Position numbers and translations under genes: made by a program. A model generated the notes under the pieces. The model was not told the origin of the DNA. It worked only from the letters and a program-made list of their open reading frames with translations, and ran no database searches. Positions 1 through 10,127 of a stretch of DNA of 31,381 bases are shown piece by piece. Within the stretch, counting starts at the first letter, position 1, and every line of letters starts with the position of its first letter. The DNA comes from an uncultured delta proteobacterium (GTDB lineage: Bacteria; Desulfobacterota; Binatia; UBA9968), in the NCBI GenBank assembly GCA_963847445.1, contig CAWJZV010000036.1:1-31381 (forward strand), written 5' to 3'.

Positions 1-142
1 CGGCCGCAGGTTGGGAATGCCTTCGAGCATCCGGTATCGCCGGATCGCCAGGCATCAGATACAGCAAAGTAAAAATCAGCGCCGATATGACCAGCAATAA
101 CGGCACAGTTTGAACCAGACGGCGTAGAACGTAGAGCAACAT
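1..142 (-). CDS. ABC peptide/nickel transporter permease (DppB/OppB family), N-terminal part, truncated by window edge
   Basis: Manual translation from ATG at 142: MLLYVLRRLVQTVPLLLVISALIFTLLYLMPGDP, the typical DppB N-terminus with PGDP motif; lies downstream of a family-5 SBP gene. Confidence 0.85.
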   Translation of the reverse strand, partial: MLLYVLRRLVQTVPLLLVISALIFTLLYLMPGDPAIPDARRHSQPAA

Positions 143-183
143 GTCGTTGGCTATTCAGTAAATCTACCGACCGAGCAACACCC

Positions 184-225
184 GAGCGATTTGAACGGCT
201 TGAACGTTTTTAACGATTGGAACGG
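184..225. repeat. Degenerate 9-nt tandem repeat (TTGAACGNN)
   Basis: gagcgatttgaacggcttgaacgtttttaacgattggaacgg; related arrays at 2924, 14312, 19122 and 23868. Confidence 0.8.
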
Positions 226-233
226 GTCGAATC

Positions 234-1929
234 CTAGGCCTTGTTCCACGAATGGGTATTCCACGAGCTCGAATTCTGCCCGCCGCTCTCCTGGCGCGGC
301 GTGATGCCGGTTAAGCCCTTTTTCACTACGAGAACTTCCGGTGTGAAAAACAGCGGCAGATGCGGCAGCGCCGCGCTAAACATCTTGCAGAATTCGATTT
401 GCAGTTTTTCCGATTGTTCAGGCGTGATGATCGAGTTGATCTCATCGAGGATTGCGTCCTTCTTGGGATCATTCCAGCCGGAAACATTCTCCGGCGCGAA
501 TTTGTTTTCCGCCGTCGGGATGTTCTTGGAGTGAAACCGTTCGGGCCACTCCTCCACGGTGACGTTATGGGAACCGATATACGCGCCCGGCCAGCGGTTG
601 CGATTGTCCGCCGAGTTGAGCAGGCGGTTGGGCATATTTTTGATGTTGGTGCGCACACCGATCTTTTTCCAATAGTCGGCGATGATCGCCTGCGCCTGTT
701 CATGGTCGCGACGCTCGGCGGTGACACGGAATTCGAACTCCATTTTCTCGCCCTTGCCGTTGACGACTACGCCGTCGGCCCCCGGCTTCCAACCTGCTTC
801 CGCCAAGAGTTGTTTTGCCGCGCTCGAGATCGAACTTGTAAATCGTCGACGCCGCCAGGGCTTTGTTGTTGACCTTACGGGCGCGCGATAGCGGTAAATG
901 CGATACCACTTTCTCGCCTTTGAAGAGGTTTTGCACCATCGCATCGCGGTCGATGGCATGCAGCAAAGCGCGCCGCACTCTCACGTCGCTGAACCAAGGA
1001 TTGTCCCGGCTGAGGCTGAGCCAACTCCACGACGCCGGGCTGATCAACACCTTGCCTTTGCCCTGCTTTTCCCATTGATCGCGCAAGATCATCGCGCCGT
1101 CGAACGAGATCGTACTGCGCATACAGATATCGACCTCGCCGGCCATGACCGCGGCGAGATTGGTATTGGTATCTTCAACGGTCTTGTAGGTGATGCGGTC
1201 GATCTTAGGCCGGCCGAGAGCGAAATCGTTGAACGCTTCCAACTCCACGCGGCTGCCTTGATCCCACTCGACGACTTTGAACGCGCCGGCGCCGACAAAG
1301 TTTTTGTTCCAATACGGCAAATTGGCAAAGGCCTTCATGTCGCCGCCTTGAAAAGCGTCAAGTAGAAGGTGCCGCGGAAAAGCGCGCACATGGGTGTATT
1401 GAATCGCGTAGGCTTCATTGTAGAGATCGTTCCAGTGAATCACGATGGTGCGATCGTCGGGGGTCTCGATCTTGGTAATCATCTCCGGCACTAGGCGATC
1501 CGGCATGGGAAATTCCGGATGCTTGGCGATCTGCCAGCCAAACTCAAAGTCTTTCGAAGTATAAGGCTTGCCGTCGTGCCATTTGAGGTTGGGCCGCAGC
1601 TTGTAGACCGTGATCATGGTCTTCTTTTGCACATCGATCTTCCAGGTGCCCTTCTTGACCGACGGCAATTCCTCAGCGAGCACCGGCACGCGCTCGAAGG
1701 TCGTCGGGTTTTGTCCGACTAGGCCGGCGTCGACCATCGACACATGCTCGGTTTCGCGCCGGTTATGATAACCGAGGCTGGTCACCTGCCGCTCGCCGTG
1801 CATGACGATGCGCTTGCGCCCCGGTTGAGCCGCGAATAGCTGCGGCACCCACAGCGCGCCCGCTGCCGTGGCGCCGGTCAGTTTGACGAATTGTCTCCGG
1901 GTCAACGATGATTTTCTGGCATTTTTCAT
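234..1929 (-). CDS. ABC transporter peptide-binding protein (SBP family 5), Tat signal; one frameshift near 820
   Basis: ATG at 1929 with GGAGGA RBS; TRRQFVK twin-Arg signal; LRPNLKWHDG, FSDVRVRRALLHAIDR and AKQLLAEAGW motifs; ORFs 700-1965 and 234-959 join at FDLER/AKQLL. Confidence 0.9.
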
Positions 1930-2010
1930 GAGCGATCCTCCGTAACTGCATGACGATTTCCGCAACCGGTATAACCAATGGCACCGGCGCGGTCAATGCA
2001 AATCGCTAGC

Positions 2011-2049
2011 CCGGGTTGCTTGACAACCCGGCGGCGCTCCAGTTACATA
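2011..2049 (+). promoter_or_regulatory. Putative sigma70 promoter with an inverted repeat over the -35 box, in a divergent intergenic region
   Basis: TTGACA at 2020-2025 overlapped by CCGGGTTG-N5-CAACCCGG (2011-2031); weak -10 near 2043-2049. Confidence 0.4.
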
Positions 2050-2079
2050 AAAAATGATAAATCCCTTAGGAGGCCCATT

Positions 2080-2785
2080 ATGGCTGCCGATTTCGAAGAC
2101 CACTGTTGGAAGGACATCATGACGCCGGAGATTCTCAAGGTGTACACGCCCTACCACCGGGAAACCTACATCGGCCAAAGGCCGGCGCTGCTGGCCATCG
2201 ATCTGTACAATCTCGCCTATGAAGGCGGCGCCAAGGAGCCCCATGATCTGGTCGATAGCTTCAAGAGTTCCTGCGGCGTTTACGCCCACAACGCGATCCA
2301 GCCGACGGAGGAGCTGTTCGCCTGGCGCGCTCGCTGAAAATCCCGATTTTTTACACCACCACGGAAACCCGCAAAGAAGCGAAACCCGACAGCTGGTCTA
2401 CGCGACCAATCGCCAGCGCGTCAAGATCGACCCCGCGGCGTTCGAGATCAAGGAAGAATTCAAACCGCAGCCGGGCGATGTGGTGATCTTCAAGGAACGC
2501 GCGAGCGGCTTTTTCGGCACGCCGCTGGTGGCCCATCTTACGCAATTGGGCATCGACAGCTTGATCGTCTGCGGCGAGAGCACCAGCGGCTGCGTGCGCG
2601 CAAGCTGCGTGGATGGCTATTCATTGGGCTACCACGTGTCCATCGTCGAGGAAATCGTCTTCGATCGAAGCGTCCTTTCGCACAAGGTCAATCTCTTTGA
2701 CCTGCATCACAAGTACGCGGATGTCATGACGCTGGAGGAAGTGAAGGAAGGCCTAAAGCAAGAGCGGCCGAGGAAAACCAGGTAG
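2080..2785 (+). CDS. Isochorismatase/cysteine hydrolase (maleamate amidohydrolase-like); frameshifts near 2320 and 2395
   Basis: AGGAGG RBS; RPALLAIDL, KERASGFFGT and ESTSGCVRAS catalytic motifs; middle segment LARSLKIPIFYTT is in a third frame. Confidence 0.88.
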
Positions 2786-2820
2786 CGCACTCGGCAAGAG
2801 TACGAACAAACGCGCTCCAG

Positions 2821-2892
2821 TGTCATTCTGAGGCGTAGCCGAAGAATCTCGACCGAATTTGGACGAGATCCTTCGCGTTGCTCAGGATGACA
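2821..2892. repeat. REP-like inverted doublet (TGTCATYCTGAG...CTCAGGATGACA)
   Basis: Terminal inverted repeats with internal palindromes; second family member at 18963-19045. Confidence 0.8.
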
Positions 2893-2961
2893 CGAAAGAC
2901 AACGGCGCGTGTGCCAAGTCCCTGACGATTTGAACGATTTGAACCTCCCCCCGAGTAAACC

Positions 2962-3763
2962 ATGCCTTACAGCAAATCGAACGGCGTCAAAATATATTAC
3001 GAAGTGTCGGGCGCGGGGTTGCCCTTCGTGATGATTCACGCCAACCCCTTCGATCATAACCTATGGATGTACCAGATCGCCCGCTTCTCGACTTATTTCA
3101 AAGTCATCGCCGTTGATATCCGCGGTTATGGCCGTTCGGACAAACCGGAAACTCCGTTCAGTTTGGCGGACATGGCAAATGACGTTCTTGGCGTGTGCCG
3201 CGACCAATGGATCAAGGAAGCTGTCATAGGCGGCGTCAGCGTCGGCTCGGGCATCGCCTTGCTCATGGGTTTGGATCATCCGGAGTTCTGCAAGGCGCTA
3301 ATTCTCGTCGGCGGCAGCAGCGGTCCGGGCGGATCCATCGAGGCGCGCGTTCATGGCTACACGAAAACAGGAGTCGAAAAGTATCACATCCAACATCTGC
3401 GGGAATTGGTGGCACCGGGCTTTCCCAAAACCAAGCTCGGGGAAATACCTGCTCAACACTTTCGTCGAACGCGATCCCTGGCTTTCCGGCCAGTCCATTG
3501 GCCAGATTTTTCGCGCCCGCGGCGGCATGGATATGACGCCGCGCCTGGCAACGATGAAGGTGCCGACCCTGGTCATAAATGGCGAGCACGACAATTCGCT
3601 TGCCGGCGGTAAAAAAACCGCGTCTCTGATTCCAGGCGCGGTGCACAAAATTCTGCCCAACACCGGTCACGCCTGCAACATCGAAGACCCGGCCGGCTTT
3701 GATGATTTCGTCATCGAGTTCCTGCGTGCCAACAACTTGATGCCATCCGCTGCCGGCCGCTGA
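2962..3763 (+). CDS. Alpha/beta hydrolase (enol-lactone hydrolase-like); frameshift near 3440
   Basis: DIRGYGRS, GVSVG nucleophile elbow, VPTLVINGEHD and GHACNIEDP; ORFs 2962-3612 and 3353-3763 join at a G/A run. Confidence 0.88.
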
Positions 3764-3858
3764 CCCACAGTGACGCAAGCACACATGCAGTAAGCAACGT
3801 CGAGGGCGCTACGGCGCAACGGTGATGTTGCCAGCCACCGTCTTTCAACATTTCGTAT

Positions 3859-3890
3859 TTGATAGATCGGGCTCAATAAAGTACTTTATT
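3859..3890 (+). promoter_or_regulatory. Putative TA-operon promoter and operator
   Basis: TTGATA-17 nt-TACTTT; perfect 16-bp palindrome AATAAAGTACTTTATT (3875-3890) overlaps the -10 box. Confidence 0.6.
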
Positions 3891-3907
3891 CGGACTGAGG
3901 GGACTTT

Positions 3908-4213
3908 ATGAAAATTAGCGAAGACATCCGACCGGTGACTTATTTAAAGTTCCGCGCCGCAGAGTTGCTCGCCCAGCTCAATGAAACCCGCCGGCCGATT
4001 GTAATTACTCAAAATGGCGCGGCTCGTGCCGTGATGCAGGACCCCGAGAGCTACGAACAAACCAGGGCGGCCATTGGCCTCCTGAAACTTTTGATAGCCG
4101 GTGAAAAGGACATTCGCTCCGGCAACACCGAAGGACAGGAAAAACTTTTCAATCGTTTGGAAAAAAAATTGACGCACCGCAAAAAGGCCCGTGGCGACAG
4201 GAAAACACTATAA
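3908..4213 (+). CDS. Phd/YefM-family antitoxin
   Basis: IRPVTYLK...PIVITQNG Phd-type N-terminus; 101 aa; directly upstream of and overlapping a toxin gene. Confidence 0.9.
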   Translation: MKISEDIRPVTYLKFRAAELLAQLNETRRPIVITQNGAARAVMQDPESYEQTRAAIGLLKLLIAGEKDIRSGNTEGQEKLFNRLEKKLTHRKKARGDRKTL

Positions 4214-4522
4214 AGTCCATTGGACTCACGCAGCTGCGTCGATCTTGAATCGATTATCGATTTCATCGCCCGTGAAAACGTCTCCAACGCTCTCGACATT
4301 CTCGCTCAGCTCCGAAACTGCGCCGCGAACCTTAAATCGTTTCCACTACGCGGCAGGGTCGTTCCAGAGCTCGCGGACATAGGGGTTCATTTTTATCGCG
4401 AGGTTATCAGTGCGCCATGGCGGGTGATCTACCGCGTTGTCGATGGCGACGTTTACGTAATGATGGTGATCGACAGCAGACGCAACGCGGAAGATTTATT
4501 GCTCGAACGATTCACTCGCTAA
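4191..4522 (+). CDS. ParE/RelE-family toxin; frameshift near 4235
   Basis: YKVHWTHAA followed by DLESIIDFIA...FPLRGRVVPEL...WRVIYRV...IDSRRN. Confidence 0.85.
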
Positions 4523-4554
4523 ACTCGCCTCATCGAAACAGGCAGGCTGAGTTC

Positions 4555-5530
4555 CTATTTCAACCCCAACTCGCGCCGCGCTTCGATCAATGGTTGGAAG
4601 TCGACAACCCTAGCAATCGGAATATCGCCGATGCCCTTGTCGAGTTTTCGGATTATCTGAAAATGCTCCTTTAAGCCTACGTCGCTGGCGATACCATCCG
4701 GGCTAAGCGCGCGAACGCGGCCGTAGACATCTTCGGCGACTGTGCGATCGATCTCCCACTCCCGCGCCATGATCTCAACGGTTTCCTTTGGCCGCTCTTT
4801 GGCGAACGCTAGTCCACGCGATAGCGCGCGTAGTAGCCGTTTCACTTGGTCGCGTTTGTCGCGCAGCGTCTTATCCGTGGTGGTGAAACCATTGGCCGGG
4901 AGCTCAGCCACATCGGCCAGCGACAACAATAAATTGAACCCCTTCTGCTTGAGCAGCAGATGGGACGGCGGCGCCGCCACCGTCGCGTCGATAGAACCGA
5001 AGCTAAGTGCGGCGACGCGAACGTTCTCCGTGCCGATCAAGATCATCGTCACGTCGCGCTCCGGGTCGAGGCCGTAGTGGCGCAGGCCGAGGCGCGTGGA
5101 CACTTCGGTGGCGCCGCCGAAGGAGCTGATGCCGATTATCTTTCCCTTGAGATCCTGGACCGATTTCAACTGGGGTTTCGCCATTAGGAAATACAGCGAG
5201 CTGCGCAACGAAAAGAATAGGCTTTTCATCGGGCTGCCCTTGGCCGCCAGACGCAAGCCCGACTCGGCCAAACCATGGTACTCGATATCACCGCCGAGCA
5301 GCGCTGAGTGCGCGATATTTGGCCGTAGGTTGGGAATCTCCAGCTCGAGCCCTTCGTCGCGGAAGAAACCGCGATCGGATCGCCACGTACATCGGCAGGT
5401 AGCCCATGGACTTGGCCGGGATGGCGAGTTTGATTTTCTCGATGCTCTGCGCGGCTTCAACATCCGGCTGCGCAGCAGCCAATACGCACAAGAAGACTAT
5501 CCGACCCATCCGTCCGATGATCCGTCCCAT
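4555..5530 (-). CDS. ABC substrate-binding protein, SsuA/NMT1/TauA family; frameshift near 5380
   Basis: Signal peptide and YLPMYVA (ORF 5288-5530) join RGFFRDEGLE...DLKGKIIGISSFG...GLDPERDV (ORF 4555-5463). Confidence 0.85.
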
Positions 5531-5535
5531 GTGCT

Positions 5536-6612
5536 CTAGATCCGTAAAGCCGTTTGGGATTGTCGGACAGCATCTTTTCGACCATCGTCTGCGAGAGGTC
5601 CTTACGTTCTCTGAATTCCGCGACCATATCTTCCTGGCGCGACGGATCGCCGTGGGGATAGTCGGAACCCCAGGACAAACGAGTCTTCACCTACTAACGC
5701 GGCAATGCCGGTCAAGTCTTCGTCCGGTTCGGCGCTGACGAACACCCTGCCGGTAGTGAAATACTCGATGGGATCCTTGGCTAACTTGCGGCGCATGTTG
5801 TCGCGCCGCACTTGCTTGATCATGAACGGCAGCCACGCCGCGCCGGCTTCGAGAAAACTGAAACGGAGATTGGCAATCTTCTCGAACGCCGCCGAGCTCA
5901 TGATGCTATTGAAGCCCATGACCACCGGCAGGATTGCGCTGTAAAAATTTGTCGTCGCGTCGAAAATGCGCGTCAACGCCGGACAGCCCCAGCCCAGGTG
6001 CACGCAGACCGGCAGATTCAAATCCGCCGCGACTTGATAGAACGGAAACAGGCTTTCATCGCCGAGCAGCTTATCCCACGCCATGCCTGGCAACATGACC
6101 GCGGCGGCGCCGATCTTGGCGGCGCGTTTGATCTCCCTGATCGACTCGTCGACATCGCGGATCGGCACCAGCGCGGCAAAGCGAATGCGTCCCTTGGAGG
6201 CCGCCGCGCACTCGCCGAGAAACGAATTGTAAACGCGCAGCAACGCCGCTTCCAGCTTTAGATCGTCAGCCGTATGCGTCAGGAACAAACTCGGAAACAC
6301 CACCTGCCTGTTGATCTTGACCTTGTCCATGTCGCGAAGGCGCGCCGGCACATCGGTGATCTCCTGAGCGCCGATCGATTCGCGCTTCTGGGTCGCCGCT
6401 TCCATCAGAGTAGGAGTGCGAAAAATCGTCCCGCCCTTGCCGACCAGCTTCGGATAGGTCTCGCCATCGATCAGCCACACGGCGTTGTACCGGCCATAAA
6501 CCGTGTCGCGGTCAAGTCGAACCGGCAACGGCCGCCGCGGCCGAAACTCCTTGTCCAACCGCTCGAACATCGCCTCGGATTCTTCGATATGGGCATCGGC
6601 GTCGATGATCAT
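5536..6612 (-). CDS. Amidohydrolase_2 family protein (LigW/ACMSD-like); frameshift near 5670, 3' end approximate
   Basis: IIDADAH, VCVH and FLEAG motifs; GSDYPHGD...DNPKRLYG continues in the second frame. Confidence 0.88.
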
Positions 6613-6641
6613 GATCCACTGCCAAAAAGTACCGTTTGCAA

Positions 6642-6761
6642 ATCAACCGGGCATTTCGCGATCGGGGTATGAACCCCGCTCGCGACCAAAGGGATGTTCA
6701 ACCCCCCTTTGGAAACCCCAGCAATTTTGTCCCCGCAGCAAGCTAAGGGGAATATTAGATT
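6642..6761. repeat. 120-bp structured dispersed repeat, copy 1
   Basis: Near-identical to 27258-27378, same orientation; three consecutive hairpins. Confidence 0.9.
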
Positions 6762-6857
6762 TACCGATCGACGCGAAAGCACTCCAAATATAAACCAATC
6801 CGGCTCATGAGCTAACAGTTTTGCATATGCGAATTGAAAGCGATTTTCCTTCTATTC

Positions 6858-6980
6858 GTTATTCCCCCGCAGCGGAATCCAGGTGACGGACAGTGTCCGT
6901 CATACCGTTGAAAAACGGTATCCAGGTTGAGGGGATGGACCCCGGTCGTCACCGGGGTGACGATAGAGCCGGCATGACGG
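6858..6980. repeat. Composite CGTC/GTCA-tagged REP-like element
   Basis: Units of GTCA-hairpin-TCCAG, closed by an inverted unit ending TGACG; same layout at 16267, 21118 and 25936. Confidence 0.85.
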
Positions 6981-7048
6981 ATCGATATCCAATGCGAAGA
7001 TCGATTCGCCGGCTCTCCGTCATCCGTCAACGCTATTCCCGCCAGCCG

Positions 7049-8305
7049 CTAGTTGGCCACACGCTTCGCCCCGGGTTTCAGATTCACCTCATAGATGCGA
7101 TTCGTGCTGGTCTGGTGGATCAACAGATTGCCTTCGCGGGTCGGCCGCATATGTCGGAGCATACCGGCGTAAATGTTTCCGGAAGGTATCGCCCAACTTT
7201 GGAATTTTTCGCTGGCAGGATCGAAGCGCACTAGCGCGTCGGGACGCCGGGCAGATTCATTGTACCAGACGATACCGTCGACGACGGCGATGGCATAGGG
7301 ATGGGAGCTCGGACCACTGGGCGAATCCCATTCTTTGTACTGGCCGTTTTTTGGATCCAGCCGGCCGAGGCGGCCAAGGCTCGAGTTGACGTACCAGATC
7401 ATTCCATCGGCAGCGATATCGAGCCGGCGCACTGTGGTCTTTTCGGGCAAGTTGAATTCACGAATTGCCAATGTCTCAGGATCGACCCTGAGCAAACAAT
7501 TGGCGCCGTTGCACGACACCCAAAGCGCGCCGTCAGCGGCGACTTTGATGCCATACGGCCGGGAATTCTTCCGCGGCGAGGTGACGAGCTTGATCTCGCC
7601 CGTCGACGGCACCAACCGGCCAATCATGTTCGAAACTTGCAAGGTGAACCAGAGCGTTCCCTTGGAATCGAACACCGCAGTATGCGGATCTTTGGCGGCT
7701 GGATCGGGCATCTTGTATTCGGTGATCATGCCGGTTTTGGGATCGAGCTTGCCCATGGTGCCGTTGCCATTGCCGGTGTACCAAATATTGCCGTCGCGGT
7801 CGGGCGTCACGCTGTGCGGCAAGGCCTTTTCCGGCAGGGTGTATTCGACAATCTCCCCGGTCTTACGATTGAGCCGACCGACAAGATTGCCATATTGCCC
7901 GCAATACCAGATCGAGCCGTCCGGCGCCTCCACGGGATCGCGTGCCCGCTGGCCCAATTGCGCCACCTTCCATTCACGAAAAGTTATCGACACCGGCCCG
8001 GAGACCAGTGTCGGAGCGAACTTCGCGCTCGGCGGGAAATGGGTTTCAAGATATTTTGTGATGCTGTCGAGTTGCGGCGTCCCCGACAAGTTGATCATCG
8101 TGCCGATGAGGTCCTTCCACTCGTCACGCGTGTAACCGGAGCTGCGCGTAAGCTGATTGAGATCATGGCAGGTGGTGCACGTGCCCTGAACCAGCGGCTT
8201 TCCCTCACCGTCCGGCAACTGCACCGGCGCCTGCGCGCCATCGGCCACCGGCACCAACATAAGCAGATAGACTGCAAAAATTGACGTCAAGATATATTGG
8301 CTCAT
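7049..8305 (-). CDS. Secreted cytochrome c / virginiamycin B lyase (Vgb)-like beta-propeller fusion
   Basis: GGAG RBS before ATG 8305; signal peptide; CTTCH heme motif; repeated P-H/Y-x-x-x-x-x-x-D-G-x-x-W propeller blades. Confidence 0.85.
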   Translation of the reverse strand: MSQYILTSIFAVYLLMLVPVADGAQAPVQLPDGEGKPLVQGTCTTCHDLNQLTRSSGYTRDEWKDLIGTMINLSGTPQLDSITKYLETHFPPSAKFAPTLVSGPVSITFREWKVAQLGQRARDPVEAPDGSIWYCGQYGNLVGRLNRKTGEIVEYTLPEKALPHSVTPDRDGNIWYTGNGNGTMGKLDPKTGMITEYKMPDPAAKDPHTAVFDSKGTLWFTLQVSNMIGRLVPSTGEIKLVTSPRKNSRPYGIKVAADGALWVSCNGANCLLRVDPETLAIREFNLPEKTTVRRLDIAADGMIWYVNSSLGRLGRLDPKNGQYKEWDSPSGPSSHPYAIAVVDGIVWYNESARRPDALVRFDPASEKFQSWAIPSGNIYAGMLRHMRPTREGNLLIHQTSTNRIYEVNLKPGAKRVAN

Positions 8306-8410
8306 AATCTTACTCCTCCGTGATTCGCTCAATGTCACCAACTGCGCACAAAACTTACCATCATTCCGGCTTCGCTGTCGATGGTCAGACTCTTTCACCA
8401 ACTGCAAAGC

Positions 8411-8438
8411 GGAGGGCGGGTTTCAAACCCGCCCCTAC
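8411..8438. repeat. GTAG-tagged REP-like palindrome
   Basis: Minus strand GTAGGGGCGGGTTTGAAACCCGCCC. Confidence 0.75.
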
Positions 8439-8505
8439 CAAACGATCCGAACTTTGCGCTCTTTGCGTACTCTGCGGTAAATACTCCGAGTCCGAATCCG
8501 TCCCA

Positions 8506-9486
8506 TTACCTATATAGCCCGTCGATATAGCCGGACTTGTCGAATTCCTGAATGAAGCGGGCGTCCATAAAGTCGCGCGGATTGGCCGTGCGCGCGGCGG
8601 GGAGTTTTTTCGCCAGCTCGTCCAAAATCGTTTTGAAGCCCTCCGCGGACGGATAGGGTTTGATTTCCGCAGTGCCTTTCAACTGCTGATAGGATTCCTC
8701 CAGCACTTTCTCATCTTTAATCTGCATGTAGCGACCGATGGCGCGCTTGGCCACGGCAGGGTTGGCGCGGATCAATTGCACGCCTTCGAGAATCGATTTG
8801 ACCACGCGGCGAACTATGTCTGGATTTTTGGCGATCAAGCGCTGGGTGGTATTGAGTCCCACCTGTTGAAAGGGAATGTCCATTTCTTCCATGTTGGCGA
8901 ACACGCGAAAGCCGGACTCCACCGCCTTGTTATAATACGGCGGCTGCAGCAAAGCTCCGTCGAAAGTCTTGCCGGCGATCAAGGAGGTCGCGACCACCGG
9001 CGCGGAATCGCCGACTTGAATCAACCTGACATCGCGGTCGGGATCGAGACCGAGCTTGTTGATCAGCAAACGCATGGTGGCATCGTTGACCGTGCCGTAA
9101 CGGGTAACCCCGAGCACCTTGCCCTTCAAATCCGCCAGCGTGCGAATCTCCGGGCGAACCACCAAACGGTAATTGAGCTTCTGTTGAAAGCTCACAATCA
9201 TCACCAGATCCGCTCCTTGCACCCGCGCCGGCGCCATCAAGCTGGCCGAATAGCTGCCCATCTCGATCTCGCCCGCGATCAGCGCCGACTGGCCGAGATT
9301 GTTGCGCAGGAACAGCACCTCAGGGTTGAGACCGTTTTTCTCCAGGAGCTTACCTTCCTGCGCCACCCACAGCATCGCGGTCGCCGGACTTAATCCAGAG
9401 TAGCCGATGCGAAGCTTGTCGGCGGCAAGGAGTGCTTGCGGCAGAAGCACTAAGAGCAACAGCGAAATTTTAGTAATTCGTATCAT
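8506..9486 (-). CDS. ABC substrate-binding protein, SsuA/NMT1 family
   Basis: Intact 326-aa ORF; signal peptide; DLKGKVLGVTRYGT and GLDPDRDV; paralog of 13252-14277. Confidence 0.9.
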   Translation of the reverse strand: MIRITKISLLLLVLLPQALLAADKLRIGYSGLSPATAMLWVAQEGKLLEKNGLNPEVLFLRNNLGQSALIAGEIEMGSYSASLMAPARVQGADLVMIVSFQQKLNYRLVVRPEIRTLADLKGKVLGVTRYGTVNDATMRLLINKLGLDPDRDVRLIQVGDSAPVVATSLIAGKTFDGALLQPPYYNKAVESGFRVFANMEEMDIPFQQVGLNTTQRLIAKNPDIVRRVVKSILEGVQLIRANPAVAKRAIGRYMQIKDEKVLEESYQQLKGTAEIKPYPSAEGFKTILDELAKKLPAARTANPRDFMDARFIQEFDKSGYIDGLYR

Positions 9487-9596
9487 TACTGCGATGGTTG
9501 CGAAGACTTAGGTTTGCATGCGTAATGCCAACGGCAAGTGACTCTAAGGATGGTCTGGTATGGTTTCGACTTTTCGCTCGTGAGTTAGACTTTGAT

Positions 9597-9857
9597 TTAG
9601 CGATAGGCTTCTCGCCGATGGCGGATTCTGACTATATCGACAATCCGTTTCCGATCGTCGACGCTGAAAATAACTCGGTAGTCGCCAATTCGGATACGCC
9701 ACAGGTTCTGTTCGCCTTGCAGTTTACGAGACCCGGAAGGCCTTGGTTCTTGGGCGAGAGCTTCGATCCGCGATATCACTCGCCGCACGATGGAACCGTC
9801 GAGTGTCTCCAGCTCCCGGCGCGCCGAACGCGCAAACGTGACCGCATAATCAGCCAC
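9597..9857 (-). CDS. RelE/ParE-family toxin
   Basis: YAVTFARSARREL...PRPSGSRKLQG...WRIRIGDYRVIF...IRHRREAYR. Confidence 0.92.
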   Translation of the reverse strand: MADYAVTFARSARRELETLDGSIVRRVISRIEALAQEPRPSGSRKLQGEQNLWRIRIGDYRVIFSVDDRKRIVDIVRIRHRREAYR

Positions 9858-10048
9858 CGTGAACCTAGCTTACCCCGCCGGCGTAATCTCCGCTTAACGG
9901 ACTCTAGTGCCTCACGTGGCTCGTCGTGGCGCTGACGCGCCACAGAAGCGTCGTAGAAGTCCTCCCAGACTTCGGAATGCTTCTTCAGATCGATCACCAC
10001 CGCGGTCTTTTCACCTAGTTCGTTTACGACAAACTGAACACCTTTCAC
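9850..10048 (-). CDS. Small putative antitoxin upstream of the RelE toxin; 3' end uncertain
   Basis: GGAGG RBS and GTG start; VQFVVNELGEKTAVVIDL...WEDFYD pattern typical of toxin-adjacent small proteins; as assembled the ORF runs to 9776, probably through an indel near the toxin start. Confidence 0.7.
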
Positions 10049-10127
10049 AGTAACACCTCCAAACCTGTTTAGTTTACCGTTGAGTCAGAGAGAAGTCGAA
10101 CTCAATTGGCGACGAGAAGTTGTTACG

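Noticed and set aside
2335-2337. TGA ending the first isochorismatase ORF as a third Sec codon
   Set aside because: It lies after a frameshift; the correct frame reads CTG AAA (LARSLKIPIF), and it is not at a Cys position.
7301-8284. Long antisense ORFs (also 8776-9393, 13411-14241, 14426-15529, 29489-30178)
   Set aside because: Shadow frames of high-GC genes with no recognisable motifs or RBS.
7049-8305. Calling vgb as an antibiotic-resistance gene
   Set aside because: Only fold-level resemblance; the signal peptide and heme domain are not features of characterised Vgb lyases.
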